Below, piece by piece: positions 1 to 8,189 of a stretch of 32,852 bases of DNA. The notes under the pieces were generated by a model. The model worked only from the letters and a program-made list of their open reading frames with translations. It ran no database searches and was not told where the DNA came from. The DNA comes from a virus (taxonomy: Duplodnaviria; Caudoviricetes): positions 1 through 32,852 of IMG/VR virus record IMGVR_UViG_3300006097_000017; one strand, given 5' to 3'. Both the position numbers and the translations under genes were made by a program. Positions within the stretch are counted from its first letter, which is position 1. Every line of letters begins with the position of its first letter.

Positions 1-1
1 G

Positions 2-169
2 ATTTATGAGTGCGAACATTGCGGGTTTACGTATGAGGGTTCTGGATACGATGATAGCTATTTCCATCAATATGTTATACCTGAAATGAAATGTCCAAAC
101 TGTGGGAAAACTGCCAGTCCAGATTACCAGCCGCTGACTACGAAATATTTAGATTGGGAGCAAATATGA
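2..169 (+). CDS. Zinc-ribbon protein, 5'-truncated by the window edge
   Basis: Frame 2 reads IYECEHCGFTYEGSGYDD...MKCPNCGKT...WEQI* with two CxxC pairs; not in the ORF track. Confidence 0.7.
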   Translation: MYECEHCGFTYEGSGYDDSYFHQYVIPEMKCPNCGKTASPDYQPLTTKYLDWEQI

Positions 170-182
170 ATGGGGGTAGTGA

Positions 183-884
183 GTGATGGTGAAATATTAC
201 AAGGTCTTGGACAAGCACGGCCACTCTTGCCACGGCGGTGAGGCTGAGTGGTCCCTACCGACGCGAAATGAGGACGGGTCTTGGACACCCGGAGAGTGGA
301 TGCCACCGGTCGAAGGCGATTTGGAGCCATGTCTGAACGGGTACCACGTCGTGAGTATTGAACAATTGCCGAGGTGGCTCAGCGAGCGGATATTCGAGGT
401 GGAACCCGGCAAGGACGTCGTGAATGATGGCGACGAGATTATCACAAGGACTTGCCGCCTAACACGCGAATACCTGGGATGGAACGATTACACAGCTAGG
501 CTATTCGTTTGCGATTGTGCTGAACATGTATTGCCTTTATACGAGGCCGAGTACCCTAATGATGATAGACCGCGTAAAGCTATTGAGACAGCCCGGAGAT
601 ACGCTAATGGCGAAGCAACCGAACTAGAGATGAGTGCCGCACATATCGCCGCAGAGTCCGCACAGGTTGCAGCAGAGGGGGCCGCATTGGGCAACGCCTA
701 TGGGGCAGCACAGGTCGCCGTACTGGCTGCACTATCAGCGTGGGGTGCACGAGACCAAATGGTTCTCACAGACACTATACGTATAGCTGAAGGGGTTGCA
801 GCATCAAGGACAGCCGAACGGCAATGGCAGGCCGAGCGGCTGAAAAGACTTCTGGAGGAGGCGAACGGCAATGATAAAGAGTGA
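183..884 (+). CDS. Phage protein with Imm5-like domain (paralogue 1)
   Basis: ARLFVCDCAEHVLPLYE..YPNDDRPRKAIETARRY motif, Ala-rich helical repeat and ERQWQ end. Confidence 0.75.
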   Translation: MMVKYYKVLDKHGHSCHGGEAEWSLPTRNEDGSWTPGEWMPPVEGDLEPCLNGYHVVSIEQLPRWLSERIFEVEPGKDVVNDGDEIITRTCRLTREYLGWNDYTARLFVCDCAEHVLPLYEAEYPNDDRPRKAIETARRYANGEATELEMSAAHIAAESAQVAAEGAALGNAYGAAQVAVLAALSAWGARDQMVLTDTIRIAEGVAASRTAERQWQAERLKRLLEEANGNDKE

Positions 885-1101
885 AGTAATGGAAGAGCTG
901 TGCAATGCGTGCCCGCACATGCGGAAGAGTGTGGACACTGAAGAGTTTTGGGGCTTCCCGTCCGAGCGCGTCACATGGCAATGTGACCTGCTTTGCGGGG
1001 ACGCGGAGGATCCCGACTGCCCCATGCATAGTGCATGGTTGAAAATTGCCGCAGCCGGTGAAGAGACCGGCGATTATGACCTGTCGACCGCTATGGAATG
1101 A
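871..1101 (+). CDS. Small Cys-rich hypothetical protein
   Basis: GGAGGAGG RBS; overlaps upstream stop; CxxC...C..C...C pattern. Confidence 0.65.
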   Translation: MIKSEVMEELCNACPHMRKSVDTEEFWGFPSERVTWQCDLLCGDAEDPDCPMHSAWLKIAAAGEETGDYDLSTAME

Positions 1102-1145
1102 GAGCAAACAGGATATAGAGAGAACTAACCGGGAGGTGAAAGTGA

Positions 1146-1289
1146 ATGAAATATTGCGTAAAGCTAAAATCACGTAACATTATTTTGGCTCAAAATCTCA
1201 CAGCATCAGCAGCGGCGGAAATTTTAGTGGAAATTACGAATTGGTCTGGCTGGGATTGCTTTATCGAGCCGACGGGAGGTGGCGAGTGA
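1146..1289 (+). CDS. Hypothetical 47-aa protein
   Basis: GGAGGTG RBS; MKYCVKLKSRNII...TGGGE*; TGATG coupling to next gene; below the ORF-track cutoff. Confidence 0.6.
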   Translation: MKYCVKLKSRNIILAQNLTASAAAEILVEITNWSGWDCFIEPTGGGE

Positions 1290-1936
1290 TGGGAAAGTAT
1301 TACAAGACTTTGGATAAAGATGGCTGTTCCTGCCACGGCGGCGATGCGGAATGGTCACTGCCGACACAGAATGACGACGGCACATGGACACCCGGCGAGT
1401 GGATGCCGGAGGTGGAGGGGCCTCTAGAGCCATGCGCCAACGGTTACCACGTCGTGACGCTGGAGCAGTTGCCGGATTGGCTCGGTGAGCGGATTTTTGA
1501 GGTTGAGCCCGGCGACGAGATTGTGCACGAAGACAATAAATCTGTTACCCGCACTTGTCGCCTTACCCGTGAGTGCACTGGGTGGGATGAGCGCACGGCC
1601 CGGCTTTTTGCCTGTGACTGCGCGGAGCGGGTGTTGCCATTATACGAGGCGCAATACCCTGACGATCGCCCCCGCAAAGCCATCGAGGTAGCAAGGCGGT
1701 ACGCTGAGGGGGCGGCGACACGAGAAGAATTGGCCGCCGCATGGTACGCCGCAGAGGAGGCCGCATGGTACGCCGCACGACGGGACGCCTCATGGGCCGC
1801 CGCATGGGCCGCACGGGAGGCCGCAGGGGACGCCACACGGGCCGCCGCACGGGCCGCCGCATGGGACGCTGAGCGACAGTGGCAGGCCGGGCGGTTGAGG
1901 AAGATTTTGGAGGTGGAGGCGCACGATGAAAATTAA
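1289..1936 (+). CDS. Phage protein with Imm5-like domain (paralogue 2)
   Basis: GGAGGTGG RBS then ATG 1289 (MGKYYK); collinear with 183..884; ARLFACDCAERVLPLYE..PDDRPRKAIEVARRY. Confidence 0.8.
   Translation: MGKYYKTLDKDGCSCHGGDAEWSLPTQNDDGTWTPGEWMPEVEGPLEPCANGYHVVTLEQLPDWLGERIFEVEPGDEIVHEDNKSVTRTCRLTRECTGWDERTARLFACDCAERVLPLYEAQYPDDRPRKAIEVARRYAEGAATREELAAAWYAAEEAAWYAARRDASWAAAWAAREAAGDATRAAARAAAWDAERQWQAGRLRKILEVEAHDEN
1733..1870 (+). repeat. In-frame 12-nt tandem repeat (GCCGCATGGGMC-like) encoding AAWx/AARx
   Basis: About 10-11 imperfect copies such as gccgcatggtac, gccgcatgggcc, gccgcacgggcc, gccgcatgggac. Confidence 0.85.
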
Positions 1937-2477
1937 GAAAATCAACTGGATTGTCTACGACCGCTTCGACCACGATACACATTACACAGAGACAAAAGAA
2001 GAAGCAATGGATGTTGCACAAGGTATGCTGGACCGCTATTCCGAGGATGGCGAAGTCATCCCCGAAGAAGTCTCGGGTGGAGGAGTTGTTGTAGCTAAGG
2101 TGACTGATCGAAGTTTTTTTGAGGTGATAGAACGTAAAAGTGATTACGATGATCCCGAAGACTGGCCTTACGAAAACTCGTTGGATTGCGTTGGTGATTT
2201 GTATATGAAGTCAAATGAGGGGGAGGCGCACGATCGTGGGTATTTCCAGCCGAGTGACGCAAACGGTGAGGATAATGCTCGCTTGATCGCCGCCGCCCCA
2301 GAATTACTTGAGGCGTTGGAGATATGTAGGAAGGCTATTACTAGGCTCGATGAAGATGGGCTTGGAATGTACATGCGGGAGGATGGACATGGAGGTATCG
2401 ACTATTGGCCCTACACGGTTGAGTTGCTACAGCGGATTGACACTATCATCGCCAAGGCGAAAGGGGAATGTAAGTGA
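1926..2477 (+). CDS. Hypothetical early protein, probable fusion
   Basis: GGAGG RBS; C-terminal NARLIAAAPELLEAL...IIAKAKGE motif common in phage early genes. Confidence 0.7.
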   Translation: MKIKKINWIVYDRFDHDTHYTETKEEAMDVAQGMLDRYSEDGEVIPEEVSGGGVVVAKVTDRSFFEVIERKSDYDDPEDWPYENSLDCVGDLYMKSNEGEAHDRGYFQPSDANGEDNARLIAAAPELLEALEICRKAITRLDEDGLGMYMREDGHGGIDYWPYTVELLQRIDTIIAKAKGECK

Positions 2478-2692
2478 TGAGTATAAAGGAAATTCATGTT
2501 TGTGACGGATGCGGTATGGAGTTGAAAGAGACGAAAGATATATATCATCTCGTGTTAAAGACGGATAGGTACAACGACAGCATCGAGACGACATATGATA
2601 TAGAGCAACTGGAGTTTTGTCTGATCTGCGCAAGAGAGATTAAACAGGCTCTTAAACGGATAGCAGAACGACTGGAAGAAGGTGACGAATGA
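2474..2692 (+). CDS. Small Zn-finger hypothetical protein
   Basis: CDGC...CLIC; GTGA coupling. Confidence 0.7.
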   Translation: MMSIKEIHVCDGCGMELKETKDIYHLVLKTDRYNDSIETTYDIEQLEFCLICAREIKQALKRIAERLEEGDE

Positions 2693-2955
2693 CGCACACA
2701 TACCCGTCGATGGACAAGAAGATTGTTAGCCTTTTGAAGATTGACGGCTCAAGCCCAGTCAACGCATACGCCGCAAAGCGGATACAGGAACTGGAGGCCG
2801 AGCGGGATGAACTACTTGAGGCGGCAGAAGAATTTTTAGCCATAGAACTAAAAACAATATGGCCTAGGGCTTACGGCAAGTCAACCTATAATGATGCCTT
2901 CTATAAGCTCAAAAACGCCATTGCCAAGGCGAAAGGGGAGGTTTCCGATGGCTAA
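2689..2955 (+). CDS. Hypothetical protein
   Basis: ATGA coupling; ELLEAA...NAIAKAKGE motif. Confidence 0.7.
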   Translation: MTHTYPSMDKKIVSLLKIDGSSPVNAYAAKRIQELEAERDELLEAAEEFLAIELKTIWPRAYGKSTYNDAFYKLKNAIAKAKGEVSDG

Positions 2956-3193
2956 AACAATCTTCCTCGGAAATGAGAGCAATGGGATGTCCGTCACTTG
3001 GACCCACTCGGCGAATCGGATCGATGTTGACGGCTGGTATGACGGCATATGCGCGATCGACGGCGGGTCATTCCAGCTGTCCGAATTCTTCCGGAAGCTG
3101 GGGATCACTGAGAAGGATGTAAGGAAAGCGTTGAAGGAGGGGCAGAACGATGAAGTATTACATGGCAGATCATGCTATAGAAGCTGCCCTTAG
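2948..3193 (+). CDS. Hypothetical protein
   Basis: GGGGAGGT RBS then ATG 2948 (MAKTIFLG). Confidence 0.65.
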   Translation: MAKTIFLGNESNGMSVTWTHSANRIDVDGWYDGICAIDGGSFQLSEFFRKLGITEKDVRKALKEGQNDEVLHGRSCYRSCP

Positions 3194-3317
3194 TACTACA
3201 TATGAGTCAGCTTTCGAGGCGGTGTTGCATGCTGTGTTGTGGGTATTGTGTAGGGCCAACGATGAAGACCGGGAATGGATAACGGAAAGGGTTCGTCAGA
3301 TTGTAGAGTCAGCATAA
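3150..3317 (+). CDS. Hypothetical 55-aa protein
   Basis: AAGGAGGG RBS; MKYYMADHAIEAAL...IVESA*. Confidence 0.55.
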   Translation: MKYYMADHAIEAALSTTYESAFEAVLHAVLWVLCRANDEDREWITERVRQIVESA

Positions 3318-3367
3318 ACTACAACAGGCGCATCCTATATTTCAGGCAATTATGGAGGTGGAGTGTA

Positions 3368-3535
3368 ATGGATAAGCAAGAACTGATTGATATTTTGGAT
3401 GTTATGCTTGGACCGGCTTTAATTGGGGCATTGGATGATGACGAAATAGTCAGGGAATATGGGAATCTCGGCTTGGACATTGTCCGACGAGGCAGGAGAC
3501 TGTTGCACCGAGCAAAAGAAGGTGATGACCATTAA
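3368..3535 (+). CDS. Hypothetical 55-aa protein
   Basis: GGAGGTGG RBS then ATG 3368 (MDKQELID). Confidence 0.6.
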   Translation: MDKQELIDILDVMLGPALIGALDDDEIVREYGNLGLDIVRRGRRLLHRAKEGDDH

Positions 3536-3755
3536 GCGTTGCGGTTCCTGCATTCACTGGCGGGACGCCCTAACCGGCTGGTGCGACTACTACTCGTGGC
3601 CGATGGATTTTGACGACACCGAACCTTGCAAGGCTTACGAAGCCATAAGCGAAAGCGAGAATTACGTCCCAGTTATGGGGCATGAGCTTATTGAGCTTGA
3701 GAATGAATTGCGGAGGGAGGATGAAGGACATGATACCAAAAAGAGACTGGGATGA
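3525..3755 (+). CDS. Small Cys-rich protein
   Basis: MTIKRCGSCIHW...WC...PC; overlaps both neighbours. Confidence 0.55.
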   Translation: MTIKRCGSCIHWRDALTGWCDYYSWPMDFDDTEPCKAYEAISESENYVPVMGHELIELENELRREDEGHDTKKRLG

Positions 3756-3924
3756 CCTTATCAAACCGGTGCTTTTGGATACTCTCGAAGCATTGGAGAC
3801 TATAACATGGAGTGAAATTTCACAGTACAGCAACAAGCGTGATGCACAGATGCGTGTTGAGGCGAAGCGAAAAATCCGAAAGCTGATTGCCGAGATGGAA
3901 GGTCAAGGGGAGGGAGCAGAATAA
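3721..3924 (+). CDS. Hypothetical protein
   Basis: GGAGGGAGG RBS; start at 3721 or 3730; TAATG coupling to next gene. Confidence 0.55.
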   Translation: MKDMIPKRDWDDLIKPVLLDTLEALETITWSEISQYSNKRDAQMRVEAKRKIRKLIAEMEGQGEGAE

Positions 3925-4238
3925 TGGTTATATCGTTGAAAGAACCTGGAGATTTAAGGTACTGTGATGACAGATTCCATCGGATAGCTGAGGAAATAGC
4001 CGATATTGTCAGCCGCAAAAATGCGGACTACGGCGACAGTTATTTCAGGCTCCGACGTGAGTGGGGGCCGATGTCGTTCGGAGCCAGACTTGGAGACAAG
4101 TACTACCGCCTCACCAACCTACTACAAGGACATACGCCGCAGGTGGACGAGAGCGTGGAGGATACGATCCGGGACATAATCGGGTACTGTCTGCTGGAGC
4201 TTGCGTATAGGGAGCTTGATGACGGAAAGGAGGGATAA
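3924..4238 (+). CDS. DUF1599 / nucleotide-modification-associated domain 1 protein
   Basis: RKNADYGDS...RLGDKYYRL...ESVEDTIRDIIGYCLL signature. Confidence 0.8.
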   Translation: MVISLKEPGDLRYCDDRFHRIAEEIADIVSRKNADYGDSYFRLRREWGPMSFGARLGDKYYRLTNLLQGHTPQVDESVEDTIRDIIGYCLLELAYRELDDGKEG

Positions 4239-4240
4239 TA

Positions 4241-4459
4241 GTGGGAGGATATTGGATTAAGGCACTTGAAGAATGGACTCCCGATGAACCTCAACATTCA
4301 TGTCCTGAAATAGACCATGCAATTGCAGACCTTGAACGAATCCGGGACGTGAACGAGGATCTTCGAAAGGCCCTCGGAGAGGCTATCGAGATTATTCAAT
4401 CTCTTGACTACATGATCACTAATCTCAAGTCCGAATTACAAGAAAAAGAGGAGGGATGA
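4241..4459 (+). CDS. Hypothetical coiled-coil protein
   Basis: GGAGGG RBS, GTG start, ATGA coupling to next gene. Confidence 0.6.
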   Translation: MGGYWIKALEEWTPDEPQHSCPEIDHAIADLERIRDVNEDLRKALGEAIEIIQSLDYMITNLKSELQEKEEG

Positions 4460-4905
4460 AAATGTTACTGAAAGAAGCGTTATTCAGGCGGCATGAGAGG
4501 CTCAAGGGGATACCAAGCATAGCAAAGGCAAGGAAAGTGATCGACGTTGAATACGACCTGTTCAACATCAGCCATTTGCGACGAGAGGTCGAACAAGACG
4601 AAGAATGGTTCGCACTCACCGCAGACGAAGTGTTGCCCGTTCCGGTATGGGGTGGAGACAAGCTGGTTGACGGCATTGCCCAGCTTGGGAAGGAGGCACA
4701 ATATACAACAGACTACCTTGTCTGCGTTGGAAACTACTTCACACCAGAAGTGTATGTGACCATTTACGTAGTGAAAGACTTGGTCTCCTCGATGCGATCA
4801 GCCCTGGACGGTGAAATTGAAATACTTGGCATGCGGGAAAGTGCTGTCTTGGAATGGGTTATCGGCAGGGACGAAGAGACCAGCCCGGAGGTGTGTGATG
4901 AATAA
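4456..4905 (+). CDS. Hypothetical protein
   Basis: 149-aa ORF coupled on both sides. Confidence 0.65.
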   Translation: MKMLLKEALFRRHERLKGIPSIAKARKVIDVEYDLFNISHLRREVEQDEEWFALTADEVLPVPVWGGDKLVDGIAQLGKEAQYTTDYLVCVGNYFTPEVYVTIYVVKDLVSSMRSALDGEIEILGMRESAVLEWVIGRDEETSPEVCDE

Positions 4906-5566
4906 AGTTATAAGAGCCAGCAAGATAGGGTTCCCATGTATTCGTAACATCTGGTTGAACACGCTGGGAATCGAGGAAGTGTTCGATAAAAAAACCCTCC
5001 GGATGTTCGACTTGGGCAACCTTAGCGAACAGGCGGCTGTAAAGTGGCTACGAGAGGACGGCTGGAATGTCCAATGGAATGAAGGATCACAGGAGGCGGC
5101 ATGGGAGATAGAGATAACCTTGCCTGACGGGTCCATCAAGGGCCATCCTGACTGCATAATAGAAAACGATGAACACAAGCCCATCCTCGCCGACATCAAA
5201 AGCATGAACTCAAGGGCTTACCAATACTGGATTAAGGGAGGGACGGTAGAGAATAAGCTGAGCTACTTCGTACAGGTAAATATATACGCCCACGCTGCCG
5301 GACTTGACCATGTCGCAATTGTCGGAGTTAACAGGGATACAGCAGACTACACTATAGAGGTCCTCGACAAAGATGAAGAGGTAATTAAGGAAACATTGAA
5401 TAAAGCTCAATATATCCTTTCGGCTAAATCTATACCGCCCAAGACGGCATGGGCATATCCGCACCTGAACGTTACCAGTGAGATACCTGACTGGTGCTGT
5501 CGGTATTGCAGTTACAAGCCTTTAGGGCTGTGTGACGGAAAAGACAAACACAATGTGGAGGGATAA
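4898..5566 (+). CDS. Cas4-like PD-(D/E)XK exonuclease (recombination)
   Basis: GGAGGTG RBS, ATG 4898; RASKIGFPCIR, GHPD, ADIKS, QxxxY and C-terminal CCRYCSY...C (4Fe-4S-type Cys set); adjacent to ERF. Confidence 0.8.
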   Translation: MNKVIRASKIGFPCIRNIWLNTLGIEEVFDKKTLRMFDLGNLSEQAAVKWLREDGWNVQWNEGSQEAAWEIEITLPDGSIKGHPDCIIENDEHKPILADIKSMNSRAYQYWIKGGTVENKLSYFVQVNIYAHAAGLDHVAIVGVNRDTADYTIEVLDKDEEVIKETLNKAQYILSAKSIPPKTAWAYPHLNVTSEIPDWCCRYCSYKPLGLCDGKDKHNVEG

Positions 5567-5568
5567 AA

Positions 5569-6378
5569 ATGGGAAAGGGAAAGGAATCCAAAACCGCGGC
5601 ATTTGAAACAAAGGCAATTGAGGTTCTGGAGGCAAGCGATGATGCGCTTACGGTACAGGCCACATCGCCGGATATGGAGGTAAAACCGCTCATAGAAGTA
5701 GCCTTGTCACGGGAGAATTCCCTTGAGGCCGTCAGTGCATTGCTCGAAATGCGGCGTCAGCTGAAGGCCGAATGGGCAAGAGAAGCATATTACCGGGCTC
5801 TTTCCGAGTTACAGACCGAAATCCCGGCCATACCTAAGGACAAGGTCGTCAAAAACCGTGACGGTACAGTCAGGTACAGTTATGCCTCTTTCGATACCAT
5901 TATCGAGACGCTTAAACCGCTCCTCAAAAAGTACGGGTTCTCGTTCCGCTACGAGACGGCTCAAAGCGACAAGGCTATTGAGGTGCGATGCGTAGTCACT
6001 CACCTTGCCGGACACTCCGAGAGCGTTGCATTCAACGCCCCTGTAGGCAATTCAGGTCACATGCTCCCCATTCAGGAGTACGGAGCAGCTTTAACCTATG
6101 CTAAACGTTACACCCTTTGTATGGCATTTGGATTAACCACTGATGAAGACACAGACGCCATACAAGACGATGATGCGCAGATTAAAACTGTCGATACAAA
6201 TAAACTCAAGTGGATATGGAGTTCATATATGGAGCTATGTGACAAGAATGTCCCTCATGCCAAAAACGCCATCAAAAAGATCGTCGGAGATGCCCCTAAG
6301 GAACAGTGGACTCCAGAGCAGATAAAGGCTCTTGAGGAGGACATAGCACACAGGAAAAGTGAGTTACAGCAGGGGTAG
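5569..6378 (+). CDS. erf: ERF-family single-strand annealing protein
   Basis: YSYASFDTII..LKPLLKKYG and QEYGAALTYAKRYTL..AFGL..DEDTDA ERF signature. Confidence 0.9.
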   Translation: MGKGKESKTAAFETKAIEVLEASDDALTVQATSPDMEVKPLIEVALSRENSLEAVSALLEMRRQLKAEWAREAYYRALSELQTEIPAIPKDKVVKNRDGTVRYSYASFDTIIETLKPLLKKYGFSFRYETAQSDKAIEVRCVVTHLAGHSESVAFNAPVGNSGHMLPIQEYGAALTYAKRYTLCMAFGLTTDEDTDAIQDDDAQIKTVDTNKLKWIWSSYMELCDKNVPHAKNAIKKIVGDAPKEQWTPEQIKALEEDIAHRKSELQQG

Positions 6379-6400
6379 GGCGTAAGCCCTCCCCTGTTTT
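6370..6400 (+). terminator. Stem-loop with short U tract between erf and the initiator gene
   Basis: CAGGGG-t-AGGGC-gtaa-GCCCT-CCCCTG followed by TTTT. Confidence 0.55.
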
Positions 6401-6414
6401 CACAGGTGGTATTG

Positions 6415-7272
6415 ATGTGCAAAATACCTGGAGGATACATCCTTTTGTCGCGTAAACTGCTTGAGAGCGAGGTTATGCGTAAGCCTCCACTGTACCTGAA
6501 GGTCTTCGTGTGGTTGATGCTCAAGGCACAGCACAAGCCATACGACGGTCTTGAGAGGGGTGAGCTTGTGACAAGTATCGCTGAAATTCAAAAGGCAATG
6601 ACATACAAAATCGGCTTCAGAAAAGTCGTGCCGTCAAAAAAACAAATTTGGGACATTTTGGAGTGGATGCGAGGCTCAAACGCTGATCCTGACGAGGTTT
6701 CTACGAAGGTAACGATGAAGGTAACGAAAATAGAGACTATGAAGGTAACGAAGAAGATTCGCGTAAAGCTAGTCAACTACGACGTTTACCAAGATCCTGA
6801 GAGCTATGAAGGTAACGAAAAAAACTCTACGAAGGGAACGATGAAGGTGACGCCTAATAATAAACAAGAATGTTACAAGAATGATAATTATAAATACTCT
6901 CGTCAAAAAACCGCCGACGAGAGTAGCGAGCAGAGCATGAAAGTGCCGGTCAAAAAAATCGTCGATGCATGGAACGAAGTCTTCGCCGGGACGCTGGTTC
7001 CGAAAGTCCGTGAAGTAAATGCTTCTCGGGCTAAGTGGATAAAGCGGGAGTACCTCAAACAGCGGGACGACCTGAAGACCGTCGAAGACTTCAAAGCCTT
7101 GTTCGAGTATATCCGGGATGATTGCCCCTTCATCATGCAAAGTCTGGCTGACGGGCGGTCCTGGTTCTCGTTCAACTGGCTGTTCAAGTACGAGAACAAC
7201 TTCACCAAGGTCATCGAGGGGACCTACGAGGCTAGGAATAAAACTCCGGACAAGGGCAAACGTCCGATTTAG
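6415..7272 (+). CDS. Phage replication initiator (replisome organiser, lambda O-like role)
   Basis: N-terminal GYILLSRKLL..wHTH-like region, central repeats, C-terminal WFSFNWLF...NFTKVIEGTY motif. Confidence 0.8.
   Translation: MCKIPGGYILLSRKLLESEVMRKPPLYLKVFVWLMLKAQHKPYDGLERGELVTSIAEIQKAMTYKIGFRKVVPSKKQIWDILEWMRGSNADPDEVSTKVTMKVTKIETMKVTKKIRVKLVNYDVYQDPESYEGNEKNSTKGTMKVTPNNKQECYKNDNYKYSRQKTADESSEQSMKVPVKKIVDAWNEVFAGTLVPKVREVNASRAKWIKREYLKQRDDLKTVEDFKALFEYIRDDCPFIMQSLADGRSWFSFNWLFKYENNFTKVIEGTYEARNKTPDKGKRPI
6700..6896 (+). repeat. Iteron array and AT-rich tract (probable origin)
   Basis: GAAGGTAACGA at 6705, 6717, 6741 and 6808, variants at 6831 and 6843, then AT-rich 6856-6896. Confidence 0.75.
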
Positions 7273-7408
7273 TGTATACCAGACTGAAATAGAAGGGTCT
7301 GAGAGCAATGAAGTTATCCGAGAGGATAAATACCACTTGCAAAACAAGTTTCACCCCTCAGCGTTTGAATTTCGGGGGTCAGAAAGGAAATGGCAGGGAG
7401 GTGTTACC

Positions 7409-7813
7409 ATGAAAAAGACAAAGCGGTCAGGGAAAAGTGGAAAACCTTGGACTCCGGAAGAGCAATCTCAACTCCATAAACTCTTGCGGGAAGGGAGAAC
7501 TACGTCGGAAATAGCCGAGATAATGGAAAGGTCGCCTAATGCCATATATAAACACAAACGCACTCACTTGTCCAATAGACCTCTAAGTTACTATAACGCT
7601 ATACCGGGCAAGGTAAATATCGACATCAAGCTGGTGGAAAATGGACTCTATGTCATTCACGGTTTACTAGGAGAGAAAGGGGTGGATATGGTATACGAGG
7701 GCAAGCAAGGCGCAAATCATATCTTCAGGTCAGCGAAAGGAGGGTGGCGGACTTGCTATACCGATCAGCAGATGATCGGTTTAATGATATTCAGCAAAAA
7801 TAATAAAAAATGA
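7409..7813 (+). CDS. HTH (Myb/GcrA-like) DNA-binding protein
   Basis: GGAGGTG RBS, ATG 7409; KPWTPEE..L..L..EG.T.SEIAEIMERSPNAI. Confidence 0.7.
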   Translation: MKKTKRSGKSGKPWTPEEQSQLHKLLREGRTTSEIAEIMERSPNAIYKHKRTHLSNRPLSYYNAIPGKVNIDIKLVENGLYVIHGLLGEKGVDMVYEGKQGANHIFRSAKGGWRTCYTDQQMIGLMIFSKNNKK

Positions 7814-7831
7814 TTAAGGAGGGCGATTGTA

Positions 7832-8185
7832 ATGAGTGGAGTAATTTACTTGTCGATACCGTACAGGTGGAAGGAGCAATTGTCGTTTGACACGGCATGC
7901 GAGGTCACAAGCCATTTGATGAGGATGGGTAACGTGGTAGTGTGCCCGGCTATTCAGACTCACATTGTAAAAAATATGGTCGGCACCAACATTGAAGACG
8001 ACAACCTGCTTGAACATAACCTCGAAGTGTTGAAACATTGCGACATAATGGCCGTCGTAGTGATAGACGAATGGTATACATCGAAGGAGATGAAGGCCGA
8101 ATTGGAGCATGCCGAGGAGTGCAGGATCCCCATAATATACCTGGAGCCGGATATCCTGTTCCCCGGTAGAAGCTGGGAGGAGTAA
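7832..8185 (+). CDS. DUF1937 / nucleoside 2-deoxyribosyltransferase-like protein
   Basis: IYLSIPY...CPAIQTH...CDIMAV...WYTSKEMKAELEHA...IPI. Confidence 0.7.
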   Translation: MSGVIYLSIPYRWKEQLSFDTACEVTSHLMRMGNVVVCPAIQTHIVKNMVGTNIEDDNLLEHNLEVLKHCDIMAVVVIDEWYTSKEMKAELEHAEECRIPIIYLEPDILFPGRSWEE

Positions 8186-8189
8186 CGTC

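Noticed and set aside
1733-1870. 12-nt repeats as a CRISPR array or second DGR
   Set aside because: No unique spacers, the repeats are in-frame coding, and I found no adenine-specific template copy
4898-5566. Cas4-like gene as evidence of CRISPR-Cas
   Set aside because: No array or other cas genes; its position beside ERF indicates a phage recombination nuclease
7118-7408. N-terminal extension of ORF 7118..7813
   Set aside because: Overlaps the initiator and an intergenic element; the strong RBS is before ATG 7409
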